This document shows, piece by piece, positions 52,740-64,000 of a stretch of DNA of 64,000 nucleotides. Within the stretch, counting starts at the first letter, position 1. The number at the start of each line of letters is the position of its first letter. Source of the stretch: Spirosomataceae bacterium (GTDB lineage: Bacteria; Bacteroidota; Bacteroidia; Cytophagales; Spirosomataceae). The position numbers were made by a program, and so were the translations under genes. The stretch spans positions 262,537 through 326,536 of the forward strand of contig JAWKMH010000006.1 in the NCBI GenBank assembly GCA_041392315.1, given 5' to 3'. The notes beneath the pieces were generated by a model that did no database searches, was not told where the DNA came from, and saw only the letters and a list, made by a program, of their open reading frames with translations.

Positions 52740-55700
52740 ACATTGCTGCTTTCTTTCTACTGTATTTTGGATTTCCGCTGGGCTTTACGTCCTTTTGCTC
52801 TGCAGTCAAAAGTACATTCCTGGCAGTAACTTACTAAAGTCTATTTCATCTTTGTTGGTGTATGTCTGCTGACGCAAAAATCCGCGGCCGTAGCCATCCG
52901 TTAAAACAAGGAAACAGGCTCAGTCAGCCGCCTCTTCTACTTCAATGGTACAAGCAGCGTTTGCACGGGTATAGGATATACTTTGAGCCATTCGCTATTG
53001 GTGGAAGGAGACACACTCAACAGTGGGTTGAACAATCAGTTTCAGACGTATGATAGCTGGGCCATTTCCGCAACCGTTTGAAATAGAAACGATACTATAT
53101 ATGTGTTGTTTTCCCTGGTTTTACTGTAAATTCATAGGGTGTCTTGATGTTGAAAAAGTTGTATCTTTTTTGAGCCAACTATCTCGATAAGCAATAGTCA
53201 AAGGCATTTCTCCTGTAAAGGTTATGAACAGTTTGGCACTTTCATTTTCGCAAATGCTGGCTGGACCCGAAATGGTGGCCGTAGGTAATTCACGAACGTT
53301 AATTTGGGCTTGACTTATTTTACCTTTGACAGTAAAATTGAGGCAACCCCCACTACTCTAACATAATAAAGGCCTCCCCACGATGCCCACTGGGAACGGT
53401 AGCTGTTAGTGGGCTGTTATTTCCCTCTGTAGGGATTGTTTGAAAACTTGCGTCGTCTGTGGTTTTTGAGATTTGAACACGAAATTGTGTATTAGATGGA
53501 AAAAAATCTGATGAAAAATACGGAATAATAAACGCCTGACCTGCACAAGTGAAGAACGATTGGAGTTTCCTACATCAATCGTTGCGACCTTCTTGATGAT
53601 GGTATACTCCCTGCTGGGCTACCTTCACCATGAGTTTGTGATTTTTTTGTAATGGTATAAACAGTTGTTTCTGAGGGCTTACAGGGATAATCGGGTTTAA
53701 TGGTGTAGTCACTACCTCCATTAGAAAGCGTAAATGTCGAGGCCTTGGCCTGTAAAAACGATGGATAGCGTAGCAGGTTCGCCTTGTGTTACGGACGCTC
53801 CACCACTCAAGGTAGCTTGGCAAGGCCTGAATAATCACACTTATCTCCGCACGAGGGCTTTCGCAAGTATTATCACCTGTTTGTGATACATAAAATTGTT
53901 AAGTACCAGGGTTTGGGTTGGTGGAATATTGAGGTATCTTGTGCTGTACCTCCTGTCTTATTCATTACCATACCACTTTAATCTTGTCCCTGTGTGGCTT
54001 GTAACGCTTTAGGTGTTTCGTTCTGACAAAATACAACAAGGCGTACTACTGACTGTGGGGGGAGGTAGTACGCACATTTACCTTAATACCAGTGGACCTC
54101 TGCATCCATCCCTAAGTTGTAATACTGCATAATCGCCTATAAAACCAGCTTCTGTGGTAATTGTTGGTGTTGTGCTTGTTTCGTTGCTATTTGGTAGAAT
54201 CAAACTAAACTCTGCAGTTCCTTGGATTTTGGCATCTAATTGTATGAAAACAGGTCAAACTGGCAAAGCAAATATTCTAATTTTGAAACCAAAGAGGACT
54301 GTAGGAAGTGGCTTAATTGTAACTTGCACTTGGCTGCGTTGGCTTTCGCAATTATATTGATTGGTTTGAGACACATAAAAATTGGTCGTAACCGAATTAT
54401 CAGTAGAATTGTTTGTTGAGGGAAGTAGGCGCAGAAGGTAACATAGAACCTCCATTTGCTTCGGTGTACCATTTCAAGTTACTACACTTGCCTCTAAAGG
54501 TTTAGCTATATCTGTTGCGCAATAGATAATCGTTGGGGTACTACTCGGATTGAATGGAGTAGGATTGATATAGTTGAATGTCGAGCAGGGCCTGTGCAGC
54601 TCGCTGTTGCAGGGATTACGCTCACAGTAGCAGTTACTACACTTTGCTTGGAGCCATTGGAGGCTATAAAACCACCTGCAATATTTCCTGTACCATTGTT
54701 ACCAAACCCTACATTAATGGGTGTGGACCAATTAAAAAAATTTATTATTAGGTGTATCGCTCGAAAAATTAATAGGCGACCCTGTAATTCCCGCACAAAT
54801 CGTTCCATCACTGACAGTATTCACAGCGGGATAGGATTGACAGTAATCGTAAATGTTCGAGAAGTACCCAAGCAGCCATTGGCTGTTGGTGTAACCGTTA
54901 CGGTAGCAGTGTTGGCACTTGTTACGGTTGCCACATTGAAACTACTTATATTGCCACTACCTGCTGTACCAAATCCAATATTACCACTACTCGACCAAGC
55001 AAATGTAGTCCCAGAGGTTGGTCCCGAAAAAGTGATTGGAGCTCCCGACACAGAACCACAATAAGTAAGATTGCTTAGATTATTGACGGTTGGTGTAGGG
55101 TTGACAGTTACAATGTAAATGACCTTGGTAATGCCCTATGCAAGTAGCCGTTTTAGCTATTACATTAATGGTTGCAGCAACCACCACACTTGCCCCTGTT
55201 GTAGCGGTATAAGCGGCTATATTTGTACCTGATGTTCCAAAACCTACATTAGAAGTGAGCTCCAATCAAAAGTTGTACTTGTGGTTGGGCTTGAAAAAGC
55301 AATTGCAGTAGCAGGAGCCGTATTGCAGTAAACAGCATTTGATACACTATTCACCTTAGGCGAAGGATTTACAGTAACAGTAAAGGTTTTAGCAACACCT
55401 GTGCAAGTATGGCAGCAGGTAACAGACACGCTGCTTATTGCTGCAACATCACTGTCTAAAGTAGTATAGGCTGCTATGTTTCCTGTACCATTTGTTCCAA
55501 AACCTACGTTCGTCGTCGAGAATGAGCAAAACTTGTGTTGGGGTAGCGCGAAAAACGTCAACTTGAGTGCATTGACATTTTTCCACAAAAGGTGGCATTG
55601 ACAACCATGTGGCTACCACTGAGTTGGATTGACAGTTATAGTAAATGGCACAGCAGGCCCAGTACATGTACCTGTGGTAGGTGTTACAGAGATGGTACTT

Positions 55701-57588
55701 ACCAAAGGATTTGTACCGCATTGGTAGCTGTATAGGCAGCAATATTACCCGCACCCGTTATATGCAAATCCAACGTTTAATGAACCAGTCAACTAAAGGT
55801 TGTTGCTGCTACTGGGCTTGCGAACGTTATGGCTGCCTGGTGCATTGTTACAATAGGTAGCACTACTTATAGCATTTACTATGGGAGTTGGGTTGATTGT
55901 GATAGTAAAAAGTTTGGGAGTGCCTATACATCCATTGACAGATGGAGTTACAGTTATTGTTGATACCACCTGTGTTGTACTTGAGTTAATGGTAGTATAG
56001 GCAGGAATATTACCCGTTCCACTTGTTCCAAAACCTACATTGGCCGAGCTCGTCCAAGCTAAATGTAACCCCTGCCGTTGGGCTTGTAAGAGTAGTTCCT
56101 GCTGCCCCGACTACCTCCCACAAAAGTATTGTTTGCAATCGTATTAACTGTAGGTGTGGGATTAACCGTTACGGTGAAAGTCCTACTCACTCCTGGGCAA
56201 CCTGCCAAATTAGGTATAACCGTTACGGTGGCCGTTACTGGCGACGTACCACCATTGGTTGCCGTGAAAGCAGAAATGTTACCCGTTCCTGATGTTCCAA
56301 AACCGATGTTGCTACTACTTGAAGACCAAGAAAATGTAGCACACCAGCCGAAGGGCTTGAAAAGTTAATACCTGTCGAATTGGCTCCATTGCATAAATCA
56401 GCTACCGAAATAGCATTAACAGTGGGTCGGTGCCTTGCTGTGATGGTGAAAGTAGTACGTTAATACCTGCATCCCCCTATTTTAGGTGTAGCAACTGTAG
56501 CTACTATATCAAGCTCCGCCATTGACAGCCACAAAGGCGGGAATATTGCCCGTTCCTGAAGTACCAAAGCCGACATTGGCGGTACTTGTCCATTCAAAAA
56601 GTAGTAGCTCCTGCTGATGGGCTTGAAAAATTAATCGCTGCTCCTGGTGCTCCATCGCATGCAATAGGCTGCATTGCTCACAGCATTGACTGTAGTATTG
56701 GTTGGATTAACCGTAACAAGAATACGTTCTTTGAGTTCCAGCACATCCATTAGTAGTGGGGGTTACAGTAACCGTTGCTACTATAGGCGAAGAAGTGGCA
56801 TTAGCAGCCGTGAAGGAATTAATATTTCCGCTCCCTGAAGTACCAAAGCCAACATTAGCCGTGGCGAAAATGTAGTACCTGGTGTTGAGCTACTAAAGTC
56901 GTTATAGGCTCCTGTGGCACCATTGCAAGATTTAGATTTGCAATGGTATTAACACTGCTACTGGTTTTATGGTAACTGTAAAAGTAGTAGGAACGCCCGT
57001 GCAGCCATTGACAGAGGGCGTAACGGTTACGGTCGTTTGTAGGTCTGTAGTTCCTCCATTTGATGCAGTAAAGGGAGGGGTATGTTGCCCATGAAACTTC
57101 CCAGTGACCGAACTCGTCCAGAAAAGATGCTCCAGCACTACTGCTAAAAGCAATACTTCCTACGGTAGCACTACTACAAGAGGTGATATTAGCAACAAGT
57201 TCAACTGTGGGCTATTCGGACGTCTGGAAACGCAATACTTCCTACTGAAGTAACAGCCCCAGATACCACCCTTACTTTATAGCCCGTTTCAACATCGAAC
57301 CTACAGGTAATGTTGCTGTAATAAAACTGGAAGTGCGAATAACAATAACGTTCGGGGGGTTGCGGAAACACGCCCACCAGCATCCAGAGAGTTGGGCTGA
57401 AAATGTAGGTGTACCTGCAAAACCTGTTGCCGTAAAATAAACGCGAATTTGCTGTCCCGCACAATAGCCTGAAGCTGGAAATGCTCCACCGAAGCATCCG
57501 TGACTATGACTGTACTAATAGCTTGGTACTTCGCTTTCAGGGTACCCCACAAAACAGCGCCACAATAACAAACAGTAGTCTTTAACAT
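52740..57588 (-). CDS. Large surface protein with at least 9 tandem PKD-like repeats, Ig-like repeats and a probable T9SS C-terminal sorting domain (heavily frameshifted)
   Basis: About 88-aa repeats (YC...ITFS.P..GTTFAWSS..N(I/V)GFGT.G.GNI..F.....TVTVTP..NGC.G...TFTITVNP), then FYVSQTNQYNCESQR Ig-like units and a ..LLPGMYF tail. Confidence 0.75.
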
Positions 57589-57659
57589 AACTTAGTTAAA
57601 ATTGATTTTTTATAAAAACGGTCAAAATTAATGCTTTATTGAAAATTGTATTTTCTAAA

Positions 57660-60600
57660 TCACTATCTCCATTTTTATTCCACATAATAGCGTGATAGTC
57701 CAGCTCATGTACCCGTCGGCGAATTTTTTCGGTTTATTTCACCGTTTTCGGCATTGGGATGCACTCTATTAGAAAGAAAAACAAAAACTAAATCTTCTTT
57801 AGGATCTACCCACACCATTGTACCTGTAAAGCCAGAATGTCAAAGAACATGCACAGTGCCGAAGACGACATAATTACTTTCACCACTTATTGATTTTTGT
57901 CCCAACCCAATCCTGATTGGCACTATCCTCAACCTGTGCAAAAACAGGATAGTCTGCTCTTGGCATATCGTCATACCATAAAGCCCTTTTTGAAGATTCA
58001 TTTTGCATCAATATTGCCAAATCATATGCCGTACTAAAGTCCTGCATGATGCCCTTCCCCTCCATAAACTGCCGCCATTTGATCGTGTACTGTTCCTTTT
58101 AGGAGTTGATTCCTGTAAGAAAAATCATTTTTTCTCGGGAGCAATTTGATCCTCCGCAAATCTTTCCAATGGTCTGAATCCCGTCATTACCATACCAAGT
58201 GGTTCATAAAAATTTTGACTTAAAAAGTCGTTTAATGGCTGATTAGTAACACGCTCCACAATTTTTTGCAACATCAAAATTCCTAAATCACTATAAACGA
58301 AGGGATATTTACCTCGTACTTGTTTTCTCATGGGAGATTGTATAATCCATTTCCATACCGAATCTTGTATAGCAGGTTTAGCAAATAACCTGGGAGCAAT
58401 TTGTAACGAATACACACTATCTCGCAAAGAACTATAATACTCGGTCATTAATCCCCCACCGCCTGTTTTGGTATTTTCCCATAACTTTGGATAAAAGGCT
58501 ACCAAACCAGATCGATGCAGCAATAAGTCCTCTATGGTAATAGAGGCTTTATTGGTTCCAACAAGTTCAGGCAAATAGTGTGCCGCTTTTTGTTTTAAGT
58601 CGATGGCATTTTGCTCTTGCAAATACATGGTAGCTTGTAAAGTAGCTGCCACTTTTGTTACGGAAGCTACATCATAAAGGGTTTCATTGGTTACTTTTTG
58701 GGTAGGATTATCATAAGTGAGCGTTCCATAATTCTTTTGAAACACTGCCCTCCCACGCCGAGCCACAAACACCTGTGCCCCCGGAAAAATACGGGCTTCA
58801 ATTGATTTTGCTATCAGTGTATCTATTTTCATCAGACTGACCGAACTCATTCCTACTTGTTCAGGCATCCCAAAAATAAGACGATTCGTCCCCTTGGTTT
58901 CGTAACCAGTTCCTAATTCATAACGGCCTTCAATTGATATGGGTAGTTTTCCTCTAAATGGTAATGCCCCAAAAATTTGCTGTGCTGCTACTGACTGCAA
59001 ATCTGGTAAATCTTCGTAGGCGCATACCACTGCCGACGTTGTCGGCAGTTGCTTCAAGGCATAAGGAGTAGCAAACAAACTGACAATTACCTTTGATTGT
59101 TGCTGCAAACGATTCAGTAAATCTATGGTTGCCGACGTGATATAGAAAGGCCGATTGAAATTTCGACGACTATCATGCAGGCTCACTATCACTACTTTTG
59201 CCCCGTTGGTTTGAGCGATGAGGCTTTCTACTTCTATGTTTGTAGTAGGTTTTTCTGCATACACAATATGATTAAATGGGGCATACTTACTCAATGTCTG
59301 TTGAAAAGCATTAATTCCTCCGCCTCCTATTGCAATCGAGGCAAAAGTACAGGTATCTAACGTTGAGATAGGTAAAAGTTGGTTTTCATTGTGTACCAGG
59401 GTAACAGCCTGCTCGCACAAATTACGTGTAAGCGCACTAAAAGCTGGCGACTGCAATTGATTATTAAGTAGTGTTGAATTAATTGGTCGTATTCGATTAA
59501 GCCCTACCCAATATTTGGCTCGTAAAATTTTCCTGACTTTCTCATCTATTATTTCTGAAGGTATGGTGCCATTCATCACCCCTTCTTTGATTTTTTTGAT
59601 AGACTCGGCCACTCTTTCAGGATACAATATGATGTCGTTCCCAGCCATTAATGCTTTAATATTGGCATCAACAGCTGTACGCCCTCTCATTACCCCTTTC
59701 ATATTCATTGCATCAGTAAAAATCAAGCCCTCAAAACCCATTTTCTTTTTTAGCAAGTCGGTAATGATTTTTTCAGAAAGTGACGCAGCCAAATTGGGCG
59801 TATTATCCAGTTCGGGTACATACAAATGGCCCGTGATAATCCCAGTGAGGCTGTCATTGATCAATTTTTGAAAAGGATAAAGTTCTGAGGCAGCCAAATG
59901 CTCTGTTGAGTGTAATAGCACAGGTAGGGTAAAATGAGAATCGGTGCCTGTATCTCCATGTCCAGGAAAATGCTTGGCAGTAGCTATTACATGCTGGCGT
60001 TGTAGCCCTTTCATATAAGCCGCCGATTTTGCTGTAACATTATCGCGATTTTCGCCAAATGAGCGTAAACCTATGACTGGATTGCTCGAGTTGGAATTAA
60101 TGTCGGCCACAGGAGCAAAATTGACTGAAATCCCTAATCTTCGGCATTGTCGGCCTATTTCTACCCCCATCTGTTCAATATAACGATTGTCTTGGATTGC
60201 CCCCAAAGTCATTTGTTTAGGAAAATCTTCTATGCTATCCAAACGCATCCCCAAGCCCCACTCACCATCAATGCCAATCATAAGCGGTACTTTAGATAAT
60301 GATTGGTAGCGATTGGTAAGTTTTGCCTGCCGCGTGGGCCCCCTTTAAAAAACAACAGCCCCCAATATGATAATTTTTGATGAGGTTATCTACATAGCGA
60401 TAGTATGTTTCATTCCGATCCGAATAGGTAGCAATCATAAACAATTGCCCTATTTTCTGTTCCAAACTCAATTGGTTAAAGACGCTATCTGCCCATTGGT
60501 TTTCCGTAAAGACCATTCGCGTAGGAGGAGTATCTTTTATTTTGAAGAGAGACTGTTTTTTCTTGAAAGTAGTGTGATGTACTGGTTTTGTTACTACTCC

Positions 60601-60666
60601 AAACCCTGCCATAAGTATCATACCAGCTCCCAAACCAAGAAATACTTTTCTAACTAAATTTTTCAT
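57660..60666 (-). CDS. GH3 beta-N-acetylglucosaminidase fused to a beta-lactamase-like serine hydrolase (frameshifts near both ends)
   Basis: EQKIGQLFM, IDGEWG, NFAPVAD, KHFPGHGDT, TDAMNM; ASVTK, YSDLG, HTGFTG; 3' end approximate. Confidence 0.9.
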
Positions 60667-60852
60667 TTTAGGTATTAAAAACAGGTACAAAAGTAGGAAA
60701 AGACAGGCGTAAAAATTGTACAAAACTCATTTTTGACAAATAAATCCTTTTTTGTTTACTATTTATAAACTTTATTTTACAACATTCAATACGGCCTTAA
60801 CTATTTGATTATCAGTCTTATTTTAATGATTTTTTTAAATATAATTTACACA

Positions 60853-60896
60853 TAACATTGGCGTAACATTGGCGTAACATTGGACTTCTACTTTTG
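60853..60896 (+). promoter_or_regulatory. Three 11-bp direct repeats TAACATTGG(CG/AC) abutting a TACTTTTG -7 element
   Basis: Copies at 60853, 60864 and 60875; TAnnTTTG at 60889-60896. Confidence 0.75.
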
Positions 60897-60922
60897 TGCT
60901 GTAAAATGACGCCCCAAAAAAT

Positions 60923-63757
60923 ATGAAACCAATGAATTTAAAGTTGAAAACCCCTTTGATGAAACGACAATCTCTACTATTTATCGCGGCGCTGCTATAC
61001 AGCGCTTTTTCTTTTGCCCAATCGGGTACTTTACGTGGGACAATCACCGATGCCAAAAACAAAGAAACCCTTATAGGAGCTACTGTCCGTATCGTAGGCA
61101 CACAAATGGGGGCTGCCACTGATATCAATGGCTTTTTCTCCATCGCAAAAGTGCCTCCTGGTAAATACATTATTGAAATCACCTATGTTTCTTACAAAAC
61201 GGAAAATATCGAAAATGTTGCGATTGAAGCCGATAAAGTTACCGAAATCAATACGGCTTTGTTGGAAGCCGCTGCCACCCTCGATGAAGTACGCATTGTT
61301 GCTACCCGCCAAACCAACACCGAAGTCTCGGTCATTAGCGAAATAAAGGCATCACAGAATATTGTGAGTGGAATTTCATCGCAGCAAATCGCCCGTACAC
61401 TCGACCGCGACGCAGCACAAGTCGTCAAGCGTGTACCAGGGATTACCATCGTAGGTGACCGTTTCATTACGATTCGTGGTCTCAATCAGCGTTATAATAA
61501 TGTCATGCTACACAATGCTTTTACACCTTCGATGGAAACCGACGTAAAAGCCTTTTCGTTTGATGTCATTCCGAGTGGACAAATAGACCGTCTGCTCATC
61601 TATAAAACACCTTCGGCAGATTTGCCAGGCGAGTTTGCAGGCGGCATTGTCAAGATTTTCACCAAAAATATTCCCGATCAAAACACCATTACATTTGACT
61701 ATAGTGTGGGGGTTCGTCAAGGCACTACTTTTCAGGACTTTCAGGCTTCAAAACAAGGTGATAACTACTGGACCAGTTTCAATAATGGTTATTTAGACCT
61801 CCCCAAGTTTTTTCCATCAGACATACGCGCCATTAGCAATAACCCTGCTTTAGTAGAGCAAGTAGGCCGTTCATTGCGCAATGAATGGGTGCCCGTGAGA
61901 AGCTCAGCTACCCCCGACCAGCGCGTAAGTCTAACAGGTAATTTCAAGATGCAACTCGGCAAAGTTAAGATTGGCAATATTACGACGGTCAATTTTAGCG
62001 AAACCCGTCAATTTACTGATAATCAGCGTAACGACTATAACATCGGTGGTGGCAATCAAATTGAAACCCTCTATGAATATGAAGATAAAGCCTACTCCAG
62101 AAATAACCGTGTGGGCATTCTGCACAACTGGGCGTTTCGCTTCAACGACAACCACAGCATAGAGTTCAAGAACTTATTCAATCAAATCAGTACGGGGCGT
62201 TATGTAAACCGTACGGGTCAGGATATTGCCCAAAATTACAAGCCCAACAATCACTCCTTCGACCAAGTATATCGTGGTATTTACACAGGCCAACTTACAG
62301 GTAAGCATGAATTTAATGACGATAAAACGACCATTGAATGGGTAGCTGGCTACAATAACTCCTACCGCGACCAGCCCGATTATAAACGCTATCGCTCAGA
62401 TGTCTTAGACCCCGCCACAGGCCGCAGTGAAATCTATATCCCTGTAGGCCAAGCACAGGCATATTTTTTGGGAAGATTTAGCTCAAAAATGAACGAAAGT
62501 GGTTACTCAGGCTCCGCCAACCTAACACAAAAAATTACGACGGGGGGAAAAGACATTGAACTAAAATTCGGAGGTTTTTATGAGTTAAAAGACCGTACTT
62601 TTAAGGCCCGCAATTTGGGCTATGTGCGTGGTGGAAACTTTAATCCTGCTTTGGCTGCCAGCGATATTAACACGCTCTTCCAAAATATCAGGAATGATGG
62701 TGGCATACGCATAGATGAACAAACCAACCCCAACGATTCTTATACCGCCAAAAATACGCTTTTAGCAGGTTATGGGATGATTAATCTCCCTATCACTAAA
62801 AAATTCAATGCGATTGCAGGGGTGCGGATAGAAAACAACCGCCAACAGATGAACTCAGCTTTTTTGGGAGGTGCGGCCACCAAAGTGGATAATAAAATTA
62901 CCAGTGTGCTACCTTCGGCTAATTTAACTTATAATTTCACCGAAAAAATGTTGCTACGTGCTGCCTACGGTGTAACCGTAAACCGCCCCGAATTTCGTGA
63001 GTTAGCTCCTTTTTCTTTCTTCGATTTTGATTTCAATGTAGTCTATGAAGGAAACCCCAATTTGAAAATTGCTACTGTTCAAAATTTTGACTTGCGTTGG
63101 GAGTTGTATCCCACTCCTTCGGAGGTCATTAGCGTAGCTGCTTTCTATAAGGATTTCAAAACACCCATTGAATCAACGGTAGATTTAGGTTCGACTGGGT
63201 TGGGTTCAAAAACCTTCATCACCAACAACGCTGAAAGTGCTTATAGTGCGGGCTTTGAATTAGAGATAAAGAAAGGCTTAGGAAATTTAAGACCGGGCTC
63301 TCGCCTCTTAGAACGCACAAGCCTCTTGTTCAATACAGCCCTGATTTACAGCCGTGTGCAGTTGGGAGCGAAAGGTGTAGGACAGTCGAACAACCGCCCT
63401 TTACAAGGCCAATCACCTTATATTGTCAATGTAGGATTGAACTACAATGATACCAAAAAAGACCTTCAAGTAAATTTGCTATACAACGTCATTGGCCGCC
63501 GTATCATTGCCGTTGGTTTTGAAGCCTATCCAGATTTGTATGAAATGCCTCGCAATGTCATTGATTTGACTTTCTCAAAAGGATTGAACCAACGTTGGAC
63601 GATTAAGGGCGGTATCCAAGACCTACTCAACCAGCCTTGGCGCATTATGCAAGATTCAAACAAAGACGGCAAGTTTGTGTCAGGCACTGATTTCGACGTA
63701 CAAAAATACCGTACAGGACAGGTATTTAGCTTAGGATTTAGTTATCGCCTTCTGTGA
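60923..63757 (+). CDS. TonB-dependent receptor
   Basis: Carboxypeptidase-regulatory-like N-domain, plug (VKRVPGITI, IRGLNQRY), barrel motifs RPEFRELAPF, GNPNL, NFDLRWELY; start may be 60959. Confidence 0.93.
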   Translation: MKPMNLKLKTPLMKRQSLLFIAALLYSAFSFAQSGTLRGTITDAKNKETLIGATVRIVGTQMGAATDINGFFSIAKVPPGKYIIEITYVSYKTENIENVAIEADKVTEINTALLEAAATLDEVRIVATRQTNTEVSVISEIKASQNIVSGISSQQIARTLDRDAAQVVKRVPGITIVGDRFITIRGLNQRYNNVMLHNAFTPSMETDVKAFSFDVIPSGQIDRLLIYKTPSADLPGEFAGGIVKIFTKNIPDQNTITFDYSVGVRQGTTFQDFQASKQGDNYWTSFNNGYLDLPKFFPSDIRAISNNPALVEQVGRSLRNEWVPVRSSATPDQRVSLTGNFKMQLGKVKIGNITTVNFSETRQFTDNQRNDYNIGGGNQIETLYEYEDKAYSRNNRVGILHNWAFRFNDNHSIEFKNLFNQISTGRYVNRTGQDIAQNYKPNNHSFDQVYRGIYTGQLTGKHEFNDDKTTIEWVAGYNNSYRDQPDYKRYRSDVLDPATGRSEIYIPVGQAQAYFLGRFSSKMNESGYSGSANLTQKITTGGKDIELKFGGFYELKDRTFKARNLGYVRGGNFNPALAASDINTLFQNIRNDGGIRIDEQTNPNDSYTAKNTLLAGYGMINLPITKKFNAIAGVRIENNRQQMNSAFLGGAATKVDNKITSVLPSANLTYNFTEKMLLRAAYGVTVNRPEFRELAPFSFFDFDFNVVYEGNPNLKIATVQNFDLRWELYPTPSEVISVAAFYKDFKTPIESTVDLGSTGLGSKTFITNNAESAYSAGFELEIKKGLGNLRPGSRLLERTSLLFNTALIYSRVQLGAKGVGQSNNRPLQGQSPYIVNVGLNYNDTKKDLQVNLLYNVIGRRIIAVGFEAYPDLYEMPRNVIDLTFSKGLNQRWTIKGGIQDLLNQPWRIMQDSNKDGKFVSGTDFDVQKYRTGQVFSLGFSYRLL

Positions 63758-63842
63758 GCAGAAGCTATTTTATTATGTACACTCCACCATTAATAACCAT
63801 TAATTTTTTAACTCAATTTTTCACCTTAATAATTTTAACAAA

Positions 63843-64000
63843 ATGAATTTTCGTAAACTAGCCCAAACAGTCGTTACACTGTCGGTACTTTCCACAGCAC
63901 TGATTTTCAATGCTTGTAAAAAGACCGAAGAAATCGGTCCTGCCCCCGTGATTTCGGCAGGGAACCCTGTCAATGGCTTGGTAGGTGCGACGGTCAAAAT
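63843..64000 (+). CDS. Lipoprotein, N-terminus only (runs off window)
   Basis: MNFRKLAQTVVTLSVLSTALIFNA-CKKTEE, lipobox followed by a K/E-rich export signal. Confidence 0.75.
   Translation, partial: MNFRKLAQTVVTLSVLSTALIFNACKKTEEIGPAPVISAGNPVNGLVGATVK

Noticed and set aside
1-64000. tRNA, rRNA, IS transposase, integrase or prophage genes
   Set aside because: None recognised by eye; a covariance-model or HMM scan would be needed to exclude small RNAs

Overview
Chromosomal window from a Bacteroidota genome. Gene repertoire, TAnnTTTG-type promoters, A-rich leaders without Shine-Dalgarno sites and T9SS-type cargo point to Cytophagales, probably Spirosomataceae/Runella-like (inference). It holds about 42 genes: housekeeping (rnr, purM, alaS, ileS), metabolic enzymes, two ECF sigma/anti-sigma modules, NfeD-flotillin, an AAA+/nuclease-like protein, a large PKD-like-repeat surface protein, a GH3/beta-lactamase fusion and a TonB-dependent receptor with a lipoprotein. 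No rRNA, tRNA, CRISPR array, prophage or transposase was recognised. Several blocks (1-1.6 kb, 9.8-11.8 kb, 16.8-17 kb, 34.2-34.8 kb, 42.0-42.4 kb, 45.5-60.4 kb) are dense in 1-nt indels, even in ileS, which most likely reflects noisy long-read consensus rather than real pseudogenes. The best candidate for an undescribed system is an orphan two-gene operon of double-glycine-leader peptide (RiPP-like) precursors at 11.7-12.1 kb; the second gene only appears after correcting one homopolymer indel. Other leads are a FecI/FecR module whose third partner is not a TonB receptor, 33-bp triple repeats before the AAA+ nuclease, two spacer-less 44-46 bp palindromes bracketing an OMP gene, heptamer repeats inside coding sequences, and an extended insertion in IleRS.
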